Shown: positions 10,001-19,283 of the stretch, one piece after another
Position numbering within the stretch: position 1 is the first letter of the stretch
How the letters are laid out: every line of letters begins with the position of its first letter
Assembly (NCBI GenBank): GCA_965261395.1
Contig: OZ253462.1
Span: forward strand, 224,001 to 288,000
Direction of reading: 5' to 3'
From: Candidatus Latescibacterota bacterium
Lineage (GTDB): Bacteria > Latescibacterota > UBA2968 > UBA8231
Length of the DNA: 64,000 bases
The notes under the pieces: model-generated
Told to the model about the DNA's origin: nothing
Database searches by the model: none
What the model saw: the letters and a program-made list of their open reading frames with translations, nothing else
Made by a program: the position numbers and the translations under genes

Positions 10001-11084
10001 GGAGATCTTCGTCGATGATGTTGTCATTAATGGGAGTGAAGGTGAGAGTCTCCGTTGCCCTTTTTTGGCCAGCCGGAATCCTGAGCGTGGTTAGCCCTAT
10101 CAGGTAGCGCGTATTAAGCCCCTCGGGGGAGATGCTCAAGAGTACATACGTATCCGCATCCACCGCGGTATCGTCCGTAACTTGGACGGTCACTTCGACA
10201 TCGGTTTCACCAGCATCCTCGCGTACACGCGCAGGATTCACCGACAGCTCCAAGTCCGCCTGCACCGTTTGCTGGGCGCTAATCTCCAGTTCCTCGTCGG
10301 AATCCTCCGTTACCTCGGTGGAAGTCACCGTCGCCGTTACCGTTAATGCTGGCGGCTCCGGTGCCCATTCGGATAAGATTTCCGATCTTGCCGATCTTAC
10401 CTGCACTTCATAAATCGCATTGCTGTTCAAGCCGGTAGCCTCGTAAGGCACAGTGGTGCCGGCACCGTCCGCGTATGTTACTTCATTATTATTTTCGTCT
10501 CTTATTCTTCGTTCTGCTACGACAGGCTTCCAATCCGTAGTCCCCTGCTCCCTGTATTTCACCCGGTAGGTGTTTTGATCTTGGTTGGTTCCCGTTTGTT
10601 CCCAAGTCACGGAAAGCACTCCGTTTACAAGTGTCGCCACCACGTTGGTGGGCGCTACGGGCAATCCGGGCACAAGCGCCACTATCCCACTCGACAGAGC
10701 ACGGTCGTCCGCCGTGCATACCGCGCTTGCCGCCGCGCAATCGACGGTTGGCGGCAGCGAGATGGACACATCCACGTTCGGCTCCGGCACTATGGTGATC
10801 TGCCAGCCTAGGTCGCTGCCTGCCGTCAAGCGCCGTGCCCCTGTCACCACGCCGCCGGTCACGTCGAGCACATCGTCCCGCAGGTTCACGAAGCTCATTT
10901 CGATTTCCTCACTGAAGTGAATCTCGAACGTGAACTCGCTGCCGTCGTGCGACTCCGGCATCATCTCAAAGCGCGCCGTCAGCGTTTGGGCCGCGGTCTC
11001 CCCGCTCCATCCCAACACCAAACCAGCGGCCAACAGCCAAGGCACACAGACCAGACGGTGCATCAAAAACTTTATATATGTCAT
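7092..11084 (-). CDS. Large secreted surface protein A: signal peptide, FN3-like domain, Calx-beta-like repeats, two putative-Ig (He_PIG) domains, FlgD-Ig/T9SS-like C-terminal domain
   Basis: 1330 aa with RBS GGGGAGGT. Signal ends '...GETAA|Q'. Repeats 'TIPAG...GT.T.TITP.ND' and 'LPAGLEFDAATRTLAGTPT'. C-terminus 'DNFPNPFNPTTTIQY...KKMLLLK'. Confidence 0.85.
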   Translation of the reverse strand: MTYIKFLMHRLVCVPWLLAAGLVLGWSGETAAQTLTARFEMMPESHDGSEFTFEIHFSEEIEMSFVNLRDDVLDVTGGVVTGARRLTAGSDLGWQITIVPEPNVDVSISLPPTVDCAAASAVCTADDRALSSGIVALVPGLPVAPTNVVATLVNGVLSVTWEQTGTNQDQNTYRVKYREQGTTDWKPVVAERRIRDENNNEVTYADGAGTTVPYEATGLNSNAIYEVQVRSARSEILSEWAPEPPALTVTATVTSTEVTEDSDEELEISAQQTVQADLELSVNPARVREDAGETDVEVTVQVTDDTAVDADTYVLLSISPEGLNTRYLIGLTTLRIPAGQKRATETLTFTPINDNIIDEDLPIVISGNAGGGKTIESTTLRLIDDDKDSQNINLSVDVAELTRFEGATEITVTATLDGKVLSEARRFSLTIGDHPDLADDPNTDLDGDGDMDDDDATKDNREAQRDLDYTATLASLTIPRNAVSGTATITITPQNQLPGTIRVASPDFDADAPGIQIADDGLTINPVDIKIKKEVAATADAITLSQESIREDAGATTIEVKVSLTDASVEDETMSLAVLPEGAVLPSGDTVTGTPLRDVDYTLVFGESLTIPAGATEGTTTFTITPTNDTDAAQRGMIYIQITVGDVLATRTIVLADDDTNSMNISLTAEPAAISEGAGRTDVTVTGTLDGKVFDNNVVVFLTIDPDPQDTDANGDVVDVVGATRDIDYTATIRPLIIPAGAVSGTTRITISPIDDKTMEADEKIRLKVPYANNQITTRDAEGDEVKVTVGTVDITLQDTGAGGAPTFAADAAIADQVYVVGTAIADWVLPAASGGDGDLTYSVSTLPAGLEFDAATRTLAGTPTAASDGAVEVTYTVTDSDDDTAALTFTITIAAAGTVPVFAAGASINNQTYIVGTAIADWVLPAASGGTAPLMYSVSVLPAGLEFDAATRTLGGTPTAATDSALTVTYTVTDANSATATLTFTIAVNPAPRVTVAGLTAVPAAIREDAAATAVVLTFTLEAAAAADESVRFTLVAPSEGTEAVRDVDYTAVLEALITIPAGATEGTATLTITPINDDDEEGLKALGVRATLVSTGETLSTDIKIRDDETPSTAIELSADPNTLGENAPLTTITVTATLDGEALAEDATVHLVIDQASTATRDLDYAALFIPRIEIAAGSITGTVKFYVAPRFDNLEEGDEVIRLVGTIDGLEGDEVAITMSDPGAAKAVIQTLPTAFALADNFPNPFNPTTTIQYALPQAADVELTVYNVVGQPVRTLVAEYQSAGRYAVEWDATNDSGHSLSSGLYFYRLQAGGEFLKVKKMLLLK

Positions 11085-11162
11085 TACTTAACCTCCCCAA
11101 GGAAAGCATCCCTATTTAAGAGTGATTGCCTGTTGATTTTTAATATACGGAACAATATATGA

Positions 11163-11198
11163 AAATGGGGCCTCAAACCGAAGTTTGAGGCCCCATTT
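11163..11198 (-). terminator. Intrinsic terminator-like hairpin after gene B (16-bp stem, C-UUCG-G loop on the minus strand)
   Basis: AAATGGGGCCTCAAAC-cgaa-GTTTGAGGCCCCATTT, perfect inverted repeat. Confidence 0.75.
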
Positions 11199-11221
11199 CG
11201 CTAACGCGCTGTGCGCGGGTG

Positions 11222-14200
11222 CTACTTCAGCAGCAGCATCTTCTTGACCTCGTGGAATTCTCCGCCTGCCTGCAAGCGGTAGAAATACAGCCCCGACGAC
11301 AAGCTGTGCCCGCTGTCGTTGGTCGCGTCCCACTCCACCGCGTAGCGACCCGCGCTCTGATGCTCGGCAACCAGCGTCCGCACCGGCTGACCAACCACAT
11401 TATACACGGTCAGTTCCACGTCCGCCGCCTGCGGCAACGCATACTGGATCGTCGTCGTTGGGTTGAACGGGTTCGGGAAATTGTCCGCTAGCGCGAATGC
11501 GGTCGGCAGCGTCTGAACCGCCGCCTTCGCCGCTGCTGGATCGCTTATCGTGATCGCTACCTCGTCCCCTTCCAGCCCGTCAATCGTACCGATCAGCCGG
11601 ATGATCTCGTCGCCCTCCTCCAAGTTGTCGGCGACTGGGAGGACGTGAAAATTCACTGTCCCTGTTATCGAGCCGGCCGCAATCTCAATCATAGGAGTAA
11701 ATAGCGCGGAGTAGTCCAAATCGCGCGTTGCCGTGGACGCCTGGTCAATGGCCAAACGCACGGTCGCGTCCTCTGCCAACGCCTTGCCGTCCAACGTGGC
11801 GGTCAACACAACAGCGGTCAAACCGGCATTCTCGTCCAACGTGCTCGGGTCTGCCGACAGCGCAATGAACGTACTCGGCGTTTCGGCGTCTCTGATCTCG
11901 ATGTCTGTCGATAGGGCCGCGCCGGTTGATACGAGCGTGGCCTGCACGCCCAACGCCTTCAGGCCCTCTTCAGCATCGTCGTTGATGGGAGTGAGGGTCA
12001 GCGTCGCCGTACCCTCGGTAGCGCCGGCCGGAATGGTGATAAGCGCCTCCAATGTCGCCGTGTAGTCCACATCGCGCACCGCTGCCGTGCCTTCGCTTGG
12101 AGCCACCAGCGTAAACCGCACGCTCTCGTCAGCCGCTGCGGCGGCCTCCAAGGTAAACGTCAGCACAACTGCCGTCGCCCCAGCGTCCTCGCGGATCGCC
12201 GCAGGCACCGCGGTCAACCCAGCGACCGCAACCTCAGACGCCGGAGCAGGATTGACCGTGATGGAGAAAGTCAGCGTGGCCGTGGCGCTGTTAGCGTCCG
12301 TCACCGTGTAGGTGACTTCAACCGCACCGTCGGTCGCTGCCGTAGGCGTGCCCGCAAGCGTCCGGGTGGCCGCGTCAAACTCCAAGCCCGCCGGCAACGC
12401 CGAGACGCTATACGTCAAATCGCCGTCGCCACCCGATGCCGCCGGCAGCACTAAATCGGCAATCGCCACATCAACCGTGTACGTCTGGTTGGCGATCGAA
12501 GCACCTGCTGCGAAGACCGGCACCGTCCCTGCCGCAGCAACGGTAATGGTGAAGGTCAGCGCGGCTGTGTCGTCGTCGCTGTCTGCCACCGTGTAGGTGA
12601 CGGTAAGCGCACCGTCGGTCGCTGCCGTCGGTGTACCCGCAAGCGTCCGCGAGAGCGCGTCAAACTCCAAGCCCGCCGGCAAGGTCGAGACGCTATACGT
12701 CAAATCGCCGTCGCCGCCCGATGCCTCCGGCAGCACCCAATCGGCAATCGCCACATCAACCGAGTACGTCTGGTCGGCAATCGAAGCGTCCGCAGCAAAG
12801 GAAGGCGCGCCGCCCTCACCAGTGTCTTGCAGCGTTATGTCCACAGGGCCGACCGTCAGCGTGACATCGTCTTCGTCATCGTCTTGGGCGGTGATTTGCT
12901 TATTGGCGTATGGCACGGTCAGCCGGATGGTCTCGTCGGCCTCTACGCTCCTGTCGTCAATAGGGGTGATGGTGATCGTCGTCGTCCCCGACACCGCGCC
13001 GGCTGGAATCGTCAGCGGACGCACGGTTGCCGAGTAGTCTACATCGCGCGTCGCCGCCGCATCGTCATCATTCACCGCGCCGTCGCCATTAATATCTGCA
13101 TCAATGGTCAAGAGCATGACCACATCATCGTCGAATACCTTGCCGTCCAACGTTCCGGTCACAATAACATCGGTCGTACCGGCCCCTTCGCTTATCGCAG
13201 CCGGATCCGCCGTCAGCGCGATATTCATGCTATTCGCATCGTCATCGACAATGGCTATCGTTCTAATCGCCAATACGGCACCGACCGTAACCTGTATATA
13301 GATCGATCCGTGCGCAGCCACGTCGGTGTCGTTGGTGGGGGTGATGGTGAACGTCGTCGTCCCCTCGGTCGCACCGGCTGGAATGGTGAGCGACTCACCA
13401 AAAACCAGCGTGTAATCCACATCGCGCAGCGGAGGGCCCGTCACCGTATCACCAGACGGCAAGTCCGCGCCGTCCGCCAAAACCGCCAGACCCACCGTCT
13501 CGTCCTCGACTGAGGCATCCGTCAAGCTAACGTTCACCTCGATTGTCGTCTCGCCGGCGTCCTCGCGGATGCTTTCTTGACTAAGCGTAATGGCATCGGC
13601 CGTGGCAGCGACCTCCTTCTTTATTTTTATATCCACAGGGTTGATCGTCAGTCCATCATCTGCAATCTGTATCCCCGGGGCGTCCGCGTCTGTATCATTA
13701 TCAGGAGATGCCACCCGGATCGTGCCAGGCAACTGGTTTTTGGGGGTGATAGTAATCGTCGCCGTCCCCGACACCGCATTTCGCGGAATCGTCAGACTCG
13801 CCAGCGTCACCGAGTAGTCCACGTCGCGCTGCGCCTCGCGATTGTCCTTGGTCGCATCGTCATCGTCCATATCGCCATCGCCATCAAGATCGGTGCTGGG
13901 ATCGCTCGCCAAGTCGGGATGATCGCCGATAATCAAGGAAAAGCTCGTCGCCTCGCTTAGAACCTTGCCATCCAAGGTTGCCGTCACGGTGATTTCGGTC
14001 TCATCGTCAAACCTAGTCAGCTCGGCAATATCCACCGACAGATGGATGTTTTGGCTGTCCTTGTCGTCGTCAATCAGCGTAAGCGTCGTCGATTCAACCG
14101 TCTTACCGCCACCAGCATTGCCGCTGATCACAATGGGAATATCTGCATCGATGACATCGTCATTAATGGGGGTGAGGGTGAGGGTCTCCGTTGCTCTTTT

Positions 14201-14875
14201 CTCGCCAGCCGGAATCCTGAGCGTGGTTAGCCCTATGAGGTAGCGGGTATTAAGCCCCTCACCGGAGATGCTCAAGAGCACATACGTATCCGCATCCACC
14301 GCGGTGTCATCCGTAACGGCGACGGTCACTTCAATATCGGTCTCACCGGCGTCTTCGCGCACACTCGCAAGATTCACCGACAGTTCCAAGTCCACTTGCA
14401 CCGTTTGCTGGGCACTAATCTCCGGTTCCTCGTCGGAATCCTCCGTTACCACTGGGCCGGACACAAGCACCGCCAGCCCGACCGACAGAGCCCGGTCGTC
14501 CGCCGTGCATACCGCACTTGACGCCGCGCAATCGACTGTCGGCGGCAGCGAGATGGACACATCCACCTCCGAATCCGGCTCGATGGTAATCTGCCAGCCT
14601 AGGTTGCTGCCTGCCGTCAAGCGCCGCGCACCTTTCACCACACCGCCGGTCACGTCGAGCACGTCGTCCCGCATGTTCACGAAGCTCATTTCGACTTCTT
14701 CACTGAAGTGAAGCTCGAACGTGAACTCGCTGCCGTCGTGCGACTCCGGCATCATCTCAAAGCGCGCCGTCAGCGTCTGGGCCGCAGCCTCCCCGGTCCA
14801 TCCCAACACCAAACCAGCGGCCAACAGCCAAGGCACATAGACTAGGCGCTGCATCAACAACTTTGTGTGCATCAT
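11222..14875 (-). CDS. Large secreted surface protein B, close paralogue of A lacking the FN3-like insert
   Basis: 1217 aa, colinear with and highly similar to 7092-11084 at DNA and protein level, with the same signal peptide family and C-terminal domain. Confidence 0.85.
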   Translation of the reverse strand: MMHTKLLMQRLVYVPWLLAAGLVLGWTGEAAAQTLTARFEMMPESHDGSEFTFELHFSEEVEMSFVNMRDDVLDVTGGVVKGARRLTAGSNLGWQITIEPDSEVDVSISLPPTVDCAASSAVCTADDRALSVGLAVLVSGPVVTEDSDEEPEISAQQTVQVDLELSVNLASVREDAGETDIEVTVAVTDDTAVDADTYVLLSISGEGLNTRYLIGLTTLRIPAGEKRATETLTLTPINDDVIDADIPIVISGNAGGGKTVESTTLTLIDDDKDSQNIHLSVDIAELTRFDDETEITVTATLDGKVLSEATSFSLIIGDHPDLASDPSTDLDGDGDMDDDDATKDNREAQRDVDYSVTLASLTIPRNAVSGTATITITPKNQLPGTIRVASPDNDTDADAPGIQIADDGLTINPVDIKIKKEVAATADAITLSQESIREDAGETTIEVNVSLTDASVEDETVGLAVLADGADLPSGDTVTGPPLRDVDYTLVFGESLTIPAGATEGTTTFTITPTNDTDVAAHGSIYIQVTVGAVLAIRTIAIVDDDANSMNIALTADPAAISEGAGTTDVIVTGTLDGKVFDDDVVMLLTIDADINGDGAVNDDDAAATRDVDYSATVRPLTIPAGAVSGTTTITITPIDDRSVEADETIRLTVPYANKQITAQDDDEDDVTLTVGPVDITLQDTGEGGAPSFAADASIADQTYSVDVAIADWVLPEASGGDGDLTYSVSTLPAGLEFDALSRTLAGTPTAATDGALTVTYTVADSDDDTAALTFTITVAAAGTVPVFAAGASIANQTYTVDVAIADLVLPAASGGDGDLTYSVSALPAGLEFDAATRTLAGTPTAATDGAVEVTYTVTDANSATATLTFSITVNPAPASEVAVAGLTAVPAAIREDAGATAVVLTFTLEAAAAADESVRFTLVAPSEGTAAVRDVDYTATLEALITIPAGATEGTATLTLTPINDDAEEGLKALGVQATLVSTGAALSTDIEIRDAETPSTFIALSADPSTLDENAGLTAVVLTATLDGKALAEDATVRLAIDQASTATRDLDYSALFTPMIEIAAGSITGTVNFHVLPVADNLEEGDEIIRLIGTIDGLEGDEVAITISDPAAAKAAVQTLPTAFALADNFPNPFNPTTTIQYALPQAADVELTVYNVVGQPVRTLVAEHQSAGRYAVEWDATNDSGHSLSSGLYFYRLQAGGEFHEVKKMLLLK

Positions 14876-14939
14876 GACTCTACCTCCCCAAGGAGAGCAT
14901 CCCTATTTAAGAGTGATTACCTGTTGATTTATAATATAC

Positions 14940-14977
14940 GAAATGGGGCCTCAAACAGAAGTTTGAGGCCCCATTTC
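14940..14977 (-). terminator. Intrinsic terminator-like hairpin after gene C (17-bp stem), near-identical to 11163-11198
   Basis: GAAATGGGGCCTCAAAC-agaa-GTTTGAGGCCCCATTTC. Confidence 0.75.
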
Positions 14978-15003
14978 TTTATCAGTACACAGTGTAGTAG
15001 TTG

Positions 15004-18000
15004 CTACTTGAGTAGCAGCATCTTCTTGACCTCGTGGAACTCTTCTCCCGCCTGCAAGCGGTAGAAATACATCCCCGACGACAAGCTGTGTCCGCTGTCG
15101 TTGGTCGCGTCCCACTCCACGACGTAGCGACCCGCGCTCTGGTGCTCGGCAACCAGCGTCCGCACCGCCTGACCGACAACATTATATACGGTCAGTTCCA
15201 CGTCCGCCGCCTGCGGCAACGCATACTGGATCGTCGTCGCCGGGTTGAACGGGTTCGGGAAGTTGTCCGCCAGCACAAAGGCGGCTGGCAGCGTCTGCAA
15301 TGCTAGCGACGCGGTCGCGCCGTTGGCGTCCGTAACCGTATATGTATAGGCAGTTTCTGCTTCCGCGCTTGGCGTCCCTGCAATGGTCCGCGTGGCCGCG
15401 TCGAACGCGAGGCCCGCCGGCAGGGCCGGCGACAGGTGGTACGTCAACGGTGCCGTGCCGCCCGATGCCTCCGGCAACACGAGATCTTCCACGCGCTGGC
15501 CAACGATAAATTCGCGGATTTCAGCCAAGTCGTGTGAGGCCGTCGGAACGATCTTGCCGGAGCCGAAAAAGTTGAAGAAATCGCCAAACGTCAGCCCAGC
15601 GTTGACCGTAATGGTAAAGGTCAACGCGGCGACATTCCCGGCACTGTCGATCACCGTGTAGATGACGATGAGCGCACCGTCGATCGCTGCCGAAGGGGTG
15701 CCCACAATCGTCCGCGTGGCCGCGTCAAATAGCAAGCCTGCTGGCAAGGCTGAGACGCTGTACGTCAGCGGTGCAGTGCCACCCGAAGCGGCCGGTAACA
15801 CGAGCGGGGTAATCGCCGTCCCAGCGGTGTACGTTTGGTTTGGGATCATGGTGTCGGCGGCGAAGCCAAAGGACGAACCATCCGGCATCTCCGGCTCCTC
15901 CGGTGGCATCGTCATCGCTGCTTGGTCGCTCAGCGTGATCTCTGCCTCGTCCCCCATCAATCCGTTAATCACACCGATCAGCTTGATGGTTTCGTTGCCC
16001 TCTATTAGATCGTCGTCAATTATGCGGATCGCAAACTGCGTGGACCCCGTTATCGAGCCGAGTGGAATCTCAATCACCGGATCGAATAGCGCGGCGTAGT
16101 CAACATCGCGCGTCGCTGTTGACGCCGCATCAATGGCCACGACCACGGTTGCGTTCTCGGCCAACGACTTCCCGTCCAACGTGGCGGTCACCGTAACCTC
16201 GGTCGCACCGCTTCCCTCAATCAACGTGTGCGGATTCACCGACAGCGCGATGGACGTACTCGGCGTTTCGTCATCGACGATTTTGATGTCCGTCATTAGC
16301 GTCGCACCAGAGGTGAACGCAGCCTGTACACCAATCGCTCTCAGGCCATCCACCGTGGAGTTGTTAATGGGGGTGATGGTGAGGGTCCCCGTCCCAACGG
16401 TAGCACCGGCCGGAATGGAAATGATCGCCCCCAAGGATGCAGTGTAGTCAATGTCGCGCACGGCCTGCTTGCCTTCGCTTGGAGCAACAACCGTGAACGT
16501 CACGATCTCGGCTGTGGCCTTCGCAGCCGCCAAGGCCACGGTCAACGAGACTTGCGTCGCCCCAGCGTCCTCGCGGATCGCCGAAGGCGTCGCCGTTAGC
16601 TGCGCATCGGCAACCGGGGGCAGCATCTCGCCCTCTGCGACCGTGATGGTGAAGATCAACGCACCGGCAGCACGGGCATTGTCAATCACCGTGTAGATGA
16701 TGGTGGCCGCACCGTTGGTCTCGGCTGTAGGCGTGCCCGAAAGCGTCCGCGTGGCCGAGTCAAACGCCAAGCCCGCCGGTAGGGTCGAGACGCTGTACAT
16801 CAGCGGAGCAGCACCGCCCCTAGCTTCCGGCAGTACGAGAGGATCAATCGCCGTGCCAACCGTGTACGATTGATTGGAAATCGAATCGGCGACCGCGAAG
16901 GTTGGGCGCGTCGGATCCAGCGGCGTTGGCTGCGCACCGTCCTCATGGACGTCTTTCAGCGTTATCGCCGTTCCGACTACAACGAGCTTTTCTTTGACTC
17001 CGTCTTCATTTATAGCTTCGGGTTCACCCGAACTCTTCAAGCCGATCTTCTCGTCCCCTTCCTTCCCGTCGTTGGCCGTGGGGGTGATGGTGATCGTCGC
17101 CGTCCCTTGTGTCTGGCCGCCCGGAATCACCAAGGAGCTGAGGGAGGCTGTGTAGTCCAAATCGCGCGTCGCAGCCTTATCATCAGCATTCACGGTGCCA
17201 TCGCCATTAATATCGTTATTAATGATCAAGGGCACGACCACGTTATCTCTGAACACTTTCCCGTTCAAGATGCCGGTCACTGTGACCGAGGTCACCCCAG
17301 CGCTTTCATTTATCTCGGCTGGACTCACCTCTAGCGCGATCGAATCGCTTGTCGTGTCGTCGTCGGTAATCAGGATGCCTTCAGAGTAGGTTTTGCCTCC
17401 AACCGTCGCAGTCACCTTGAAAGCCCGGAGTCCATCTTCTCTGTTGTTGTTGAGGGGGGTGACGGTCATCGTCGTCGTCGCTGTGGTCTCGCCCTTCGGG
17501 ATGACAAGTGCCTGCACTTGCGCCCGATAATCCACATCACGATCCGCATCATCCGCCAGTTGGAAACGGTCGCCTATATCCGATCGCCCCTGTAGCTCTT
17601 TTATGTCTTCATCGGTGTCCGAAATAGTGAACACCACCGTCTCGTCAGTCAACAAAGCGTTCTGCAAGGAAATCTCCAGCCTGACATTCTTCGTCTCAGC
17701 GTCCTCGCGGATCGAGAAAGGCATCGCTATGAGCCCTTTAATCCCTGTCTCGGGACCAGCCGTTATCTCGATTGAACTCGGATTAACTGGTATAGAAATG
17801 GCAGTGGTGGCACCGGGTCTCGTCATGGCGTTAGCAGGCTTCACCCGAACAAGGCCTACTTTTTCGTTCAGGGGGGTGATGGTAATCGTCGCCGTCCCCG
17901 ACACTTGGCGCCGTCGAATGGTTATCGGTTTCAGCGTCGCAGTATAATCTATATCGCGCCTCGCGATAGTCGTCCCCTGCGCACCAGTATTATCAATAAC

Positions 18001-19068
18001 CAAGTCCAAGCTCACATGGTCGTCTAGCGTCTTTCCATTCAGAGTGGCCGTCACTTCGATCTCGGTTGTACCATCGTTCTTAGTTAGAGTGGCATCCGAG
18101 AACGAGAGATTGACCGCCGTGCTTGCCTTGTCGGTGTCAACCAGCCGAATATCGGTTGACCCGCCAGTAGTACCGACAGTACTGATCGTGACCAGAAGAT
18201 CGTCGTTGAGGGTTTCATTATCATTCTTGGGAACGGGGGTGAAGCTGATCGTCCCCGTCGCCTCTTTCTCACCCTCCGGAATCGTGATCGGGGGAAATGC
18301 TATGCGGAAACGACTATTGAGCCCCGTCTGATTGGAGCCAAGCCGCAAGGGCACAGACGTATTCCCTGCCACCGCCGTATCATCGCCAACTTTGACGTTT
18401 ACCTCGATCTCGGTAGTACCAGTAGCGTCCTCGCGCACACTACTGGGATTCACCGACAGCTTATAGTCCGGCTCTATCGCTATCTGCTTAGCGAAAAACG
18501 GCTCTAGAACATTATTATCAGGAGTATTATCCGCATCAGGGACCTCCACCACCATCTTTACCCAATAGAATCCCGGTGGGTTATCTCCCGCTGGGGTAGT
18601 TCCCCTAGGATCAAGGTCGAGAATAAGAGCAGCTTTGCGGTCAGATGTAATATCTTCCAAATTTGAAGGGGTGCTACTAGTAGGGGTCACTTCTGCCTCT
18701 GCCTCGGAAGGACTCTCCCCGCGATGTAACGTCAACGTGTAGCCCGTGGCTTCCGCCCCATTTCCCATAGGAACCGTAGTACTCTTGGCCGTGCCGAAAT
18801 TCTTTGAATACGATGTACTCCAACTCACAAAAACCGAATCGGCTGCACCTTCGCCTAGTCGCGTATCAAGTGCATAAGTTACCTGCAAATAGGGCTCAGT
18901 GGCATGCGTATGCGTAAGCGCTCCACTTCCATGGCCTTGCGTATCCGAACCCGTAGCGGCATTGCCAGTATGAGCCACAACCTCCCCGCTCCACCCCAGC
19001 ACCAAACCAACAGTTAGCAGCCAAGGCACGTACAACAACCGCCTCATTAACAACTTCGTGTGTGTCAT
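15004..19068 (-). CDS. Large secreted surface protein C: distinct N-terminal domain, Calx-beta-like repeats, three He_PIG domains, FlgD-Ig/T9SS-like C-terminal domain
   Basis: 1354 aa. Signal peptide 'MTHTKLLMRRLLYVPWLLTVGLVLGWSGE' matches A and B, with the same repeat types and C-terminus. Confidence 0.85.
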   Translation of the reverse strand: MTHTKLLMRRLLYVPWLLTVGLVLGWSGEVVAHTGNAATGSDTQGHGSGALTHTHATEPYLQVTYALDTRLGEGAADSVFVSWSTSYSKNFGTAKSTTVPMGNGAEATGYTLTLHRGESPSEAEAEVTPTSSTPSNLEDITSDRKAALILDLDPRGTTPAGDNPPGFYWVKMVVEVPDADNTPDNNVLEPFFAKQIAIEPDYKLSVNPSSVREDATGTTEIEVNVKVGDDTAVAGNTSVPLRLGSNQTGLNSRFRIAFPPITIPEGEKEATGTISFTPVPKNDNETLNDDLLVTISTVGTTGGSTDIRLVDTDKASTAVNLSFSDATLTKNDGTTEIEVTATLNGKTLDDHVSLDLVIDNTGAQGTTIARRDIDYTATLKPITIRRRQVSGTATITITPLNEKVGLVRVKPANAMTRPGATTAISIPVNPSSIEITAGPETGIKGLIAMPFSIREDAETKNVRLEISLQNALLTDETVVFTISDTDEDIKELQGRSDIGDRFQLADDADRDVDYRAQVQALVIPKGETTATTTMTVTPLNNNREDGLRAFKVTATVGGKTYSEGILITDDDTTSDSIALEVSPAEINESAGVTSVTVTGILNGKVFRDNVVVPLIINNDINGDGTVNADDKAATRDLDYTASLSSLVIPGGQTQGTATITITPTANDGKEGDEKIGLKSSGEPEAINEDGVKEKLVVVGTAITLKDVHEDGAQPTPLDPTRPTFAVADSISNQSYTVGTAIDPLVLPEARGGAAPLMYSVSTLPAGLAFDSATRTLSGTPTAETNGAATIIYTVIDNARAAGALIFTITVAEGEMLPPVADAQLTATPSAIREDAGATQVSLTVALAAAKATAEIVTFTVVAPSEGKQAVRDIDYTASLGAIISIPAGATVGTGTLTITPINNSTVDGLRAIGVQAAFTSGATLMTDIKIVDDETPSTSIALSVNPHTLIEGSGATEVTVTATLDGKSLAENATVVVAIDAASTATRDVDYAALFDPVIEIPLGSITGSTQFAIRIIDDDLIEGNETIKLIGVINGLMGDEAEITLSDQAAMTMPPEEPEMPDGSSFGFAADTMIPNQTYTAGTAITPLVLPAASGGTAPLTYSVSALPAGLLFDAATRTIVGTPSAAIDGALIVIYTVIDSAGNVAALTFTITVNAGLTFGDFFNFFGSGKIVPTASHDLAEIREFIVGQRVEDLVLPEASGGTAPLTYHLSPALPAGLAFDAATRTIAGTPSAEAETAYTYTVTDANGATASLALQTLPAAFVLADNFPNPFNPATTIQYALPQAADVELTVYNVVGQAVRTLVAEHQSAGRYVVEWDATNDSGHSLSSGMYFYRLQAGEEFHEVKKMLLLK

Positions 19069-19117
19069 TACTCTACCTCCCCAGGTTATGAGTAATTACT
19101 GGTGATTTAGAATGTGG

Positions 19118-19155
19118 GAGCTAGGGCCTCGCGCTAAAGTTGGAGGCCCTAGCTC
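19118..19155 (-). terminator. Hairpin related to the other array spacers
   Basis: GAGCTAGGGCCTC-N12-GAGGCCCTAGCTC, 13-bp perfect stem sharing the GGGCCTC/GAGGCCC core. It lacks a clear U tract. Confidence 0.5.
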
Positions 19156-19173
19156 GCGAACTCGCTGCGTGCT

Positions 19174-19211
19174 TACTTGAGCAGCAGCATCTTCTTGGTT
19201 TCGAGAAACTC
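19174..19211 (-). repeat. 38-bp direct repeat of the 3' end of gene D (second copy at 19546-19583)
   Basis: TACTTGAGCAGCAGCATCTTCTTGGTTTCGAG(A/G)AACTC, 37/38 identical. Both copies encode EFLETKKMLLLK followed by a stop on the minus strand. Confidence 0.9.
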
Positions 19212-19283
19212 GTTTCGGCTGCGCCTCGGCTTCCGCAAGTTCGGTCGAATCCGTTGTCTCCTCCATAACGATCGGAGGATAGA

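Noticed and set aside
7038-19155. Array spacers as integron attC sites
   Set aside because: The hairpins are perfect stems without extrahelical bases or properly oriented RYYYAAC/GTTRRRY ends, one has a UUCG loop typical of RNA terminators, and no integron integrase is present.
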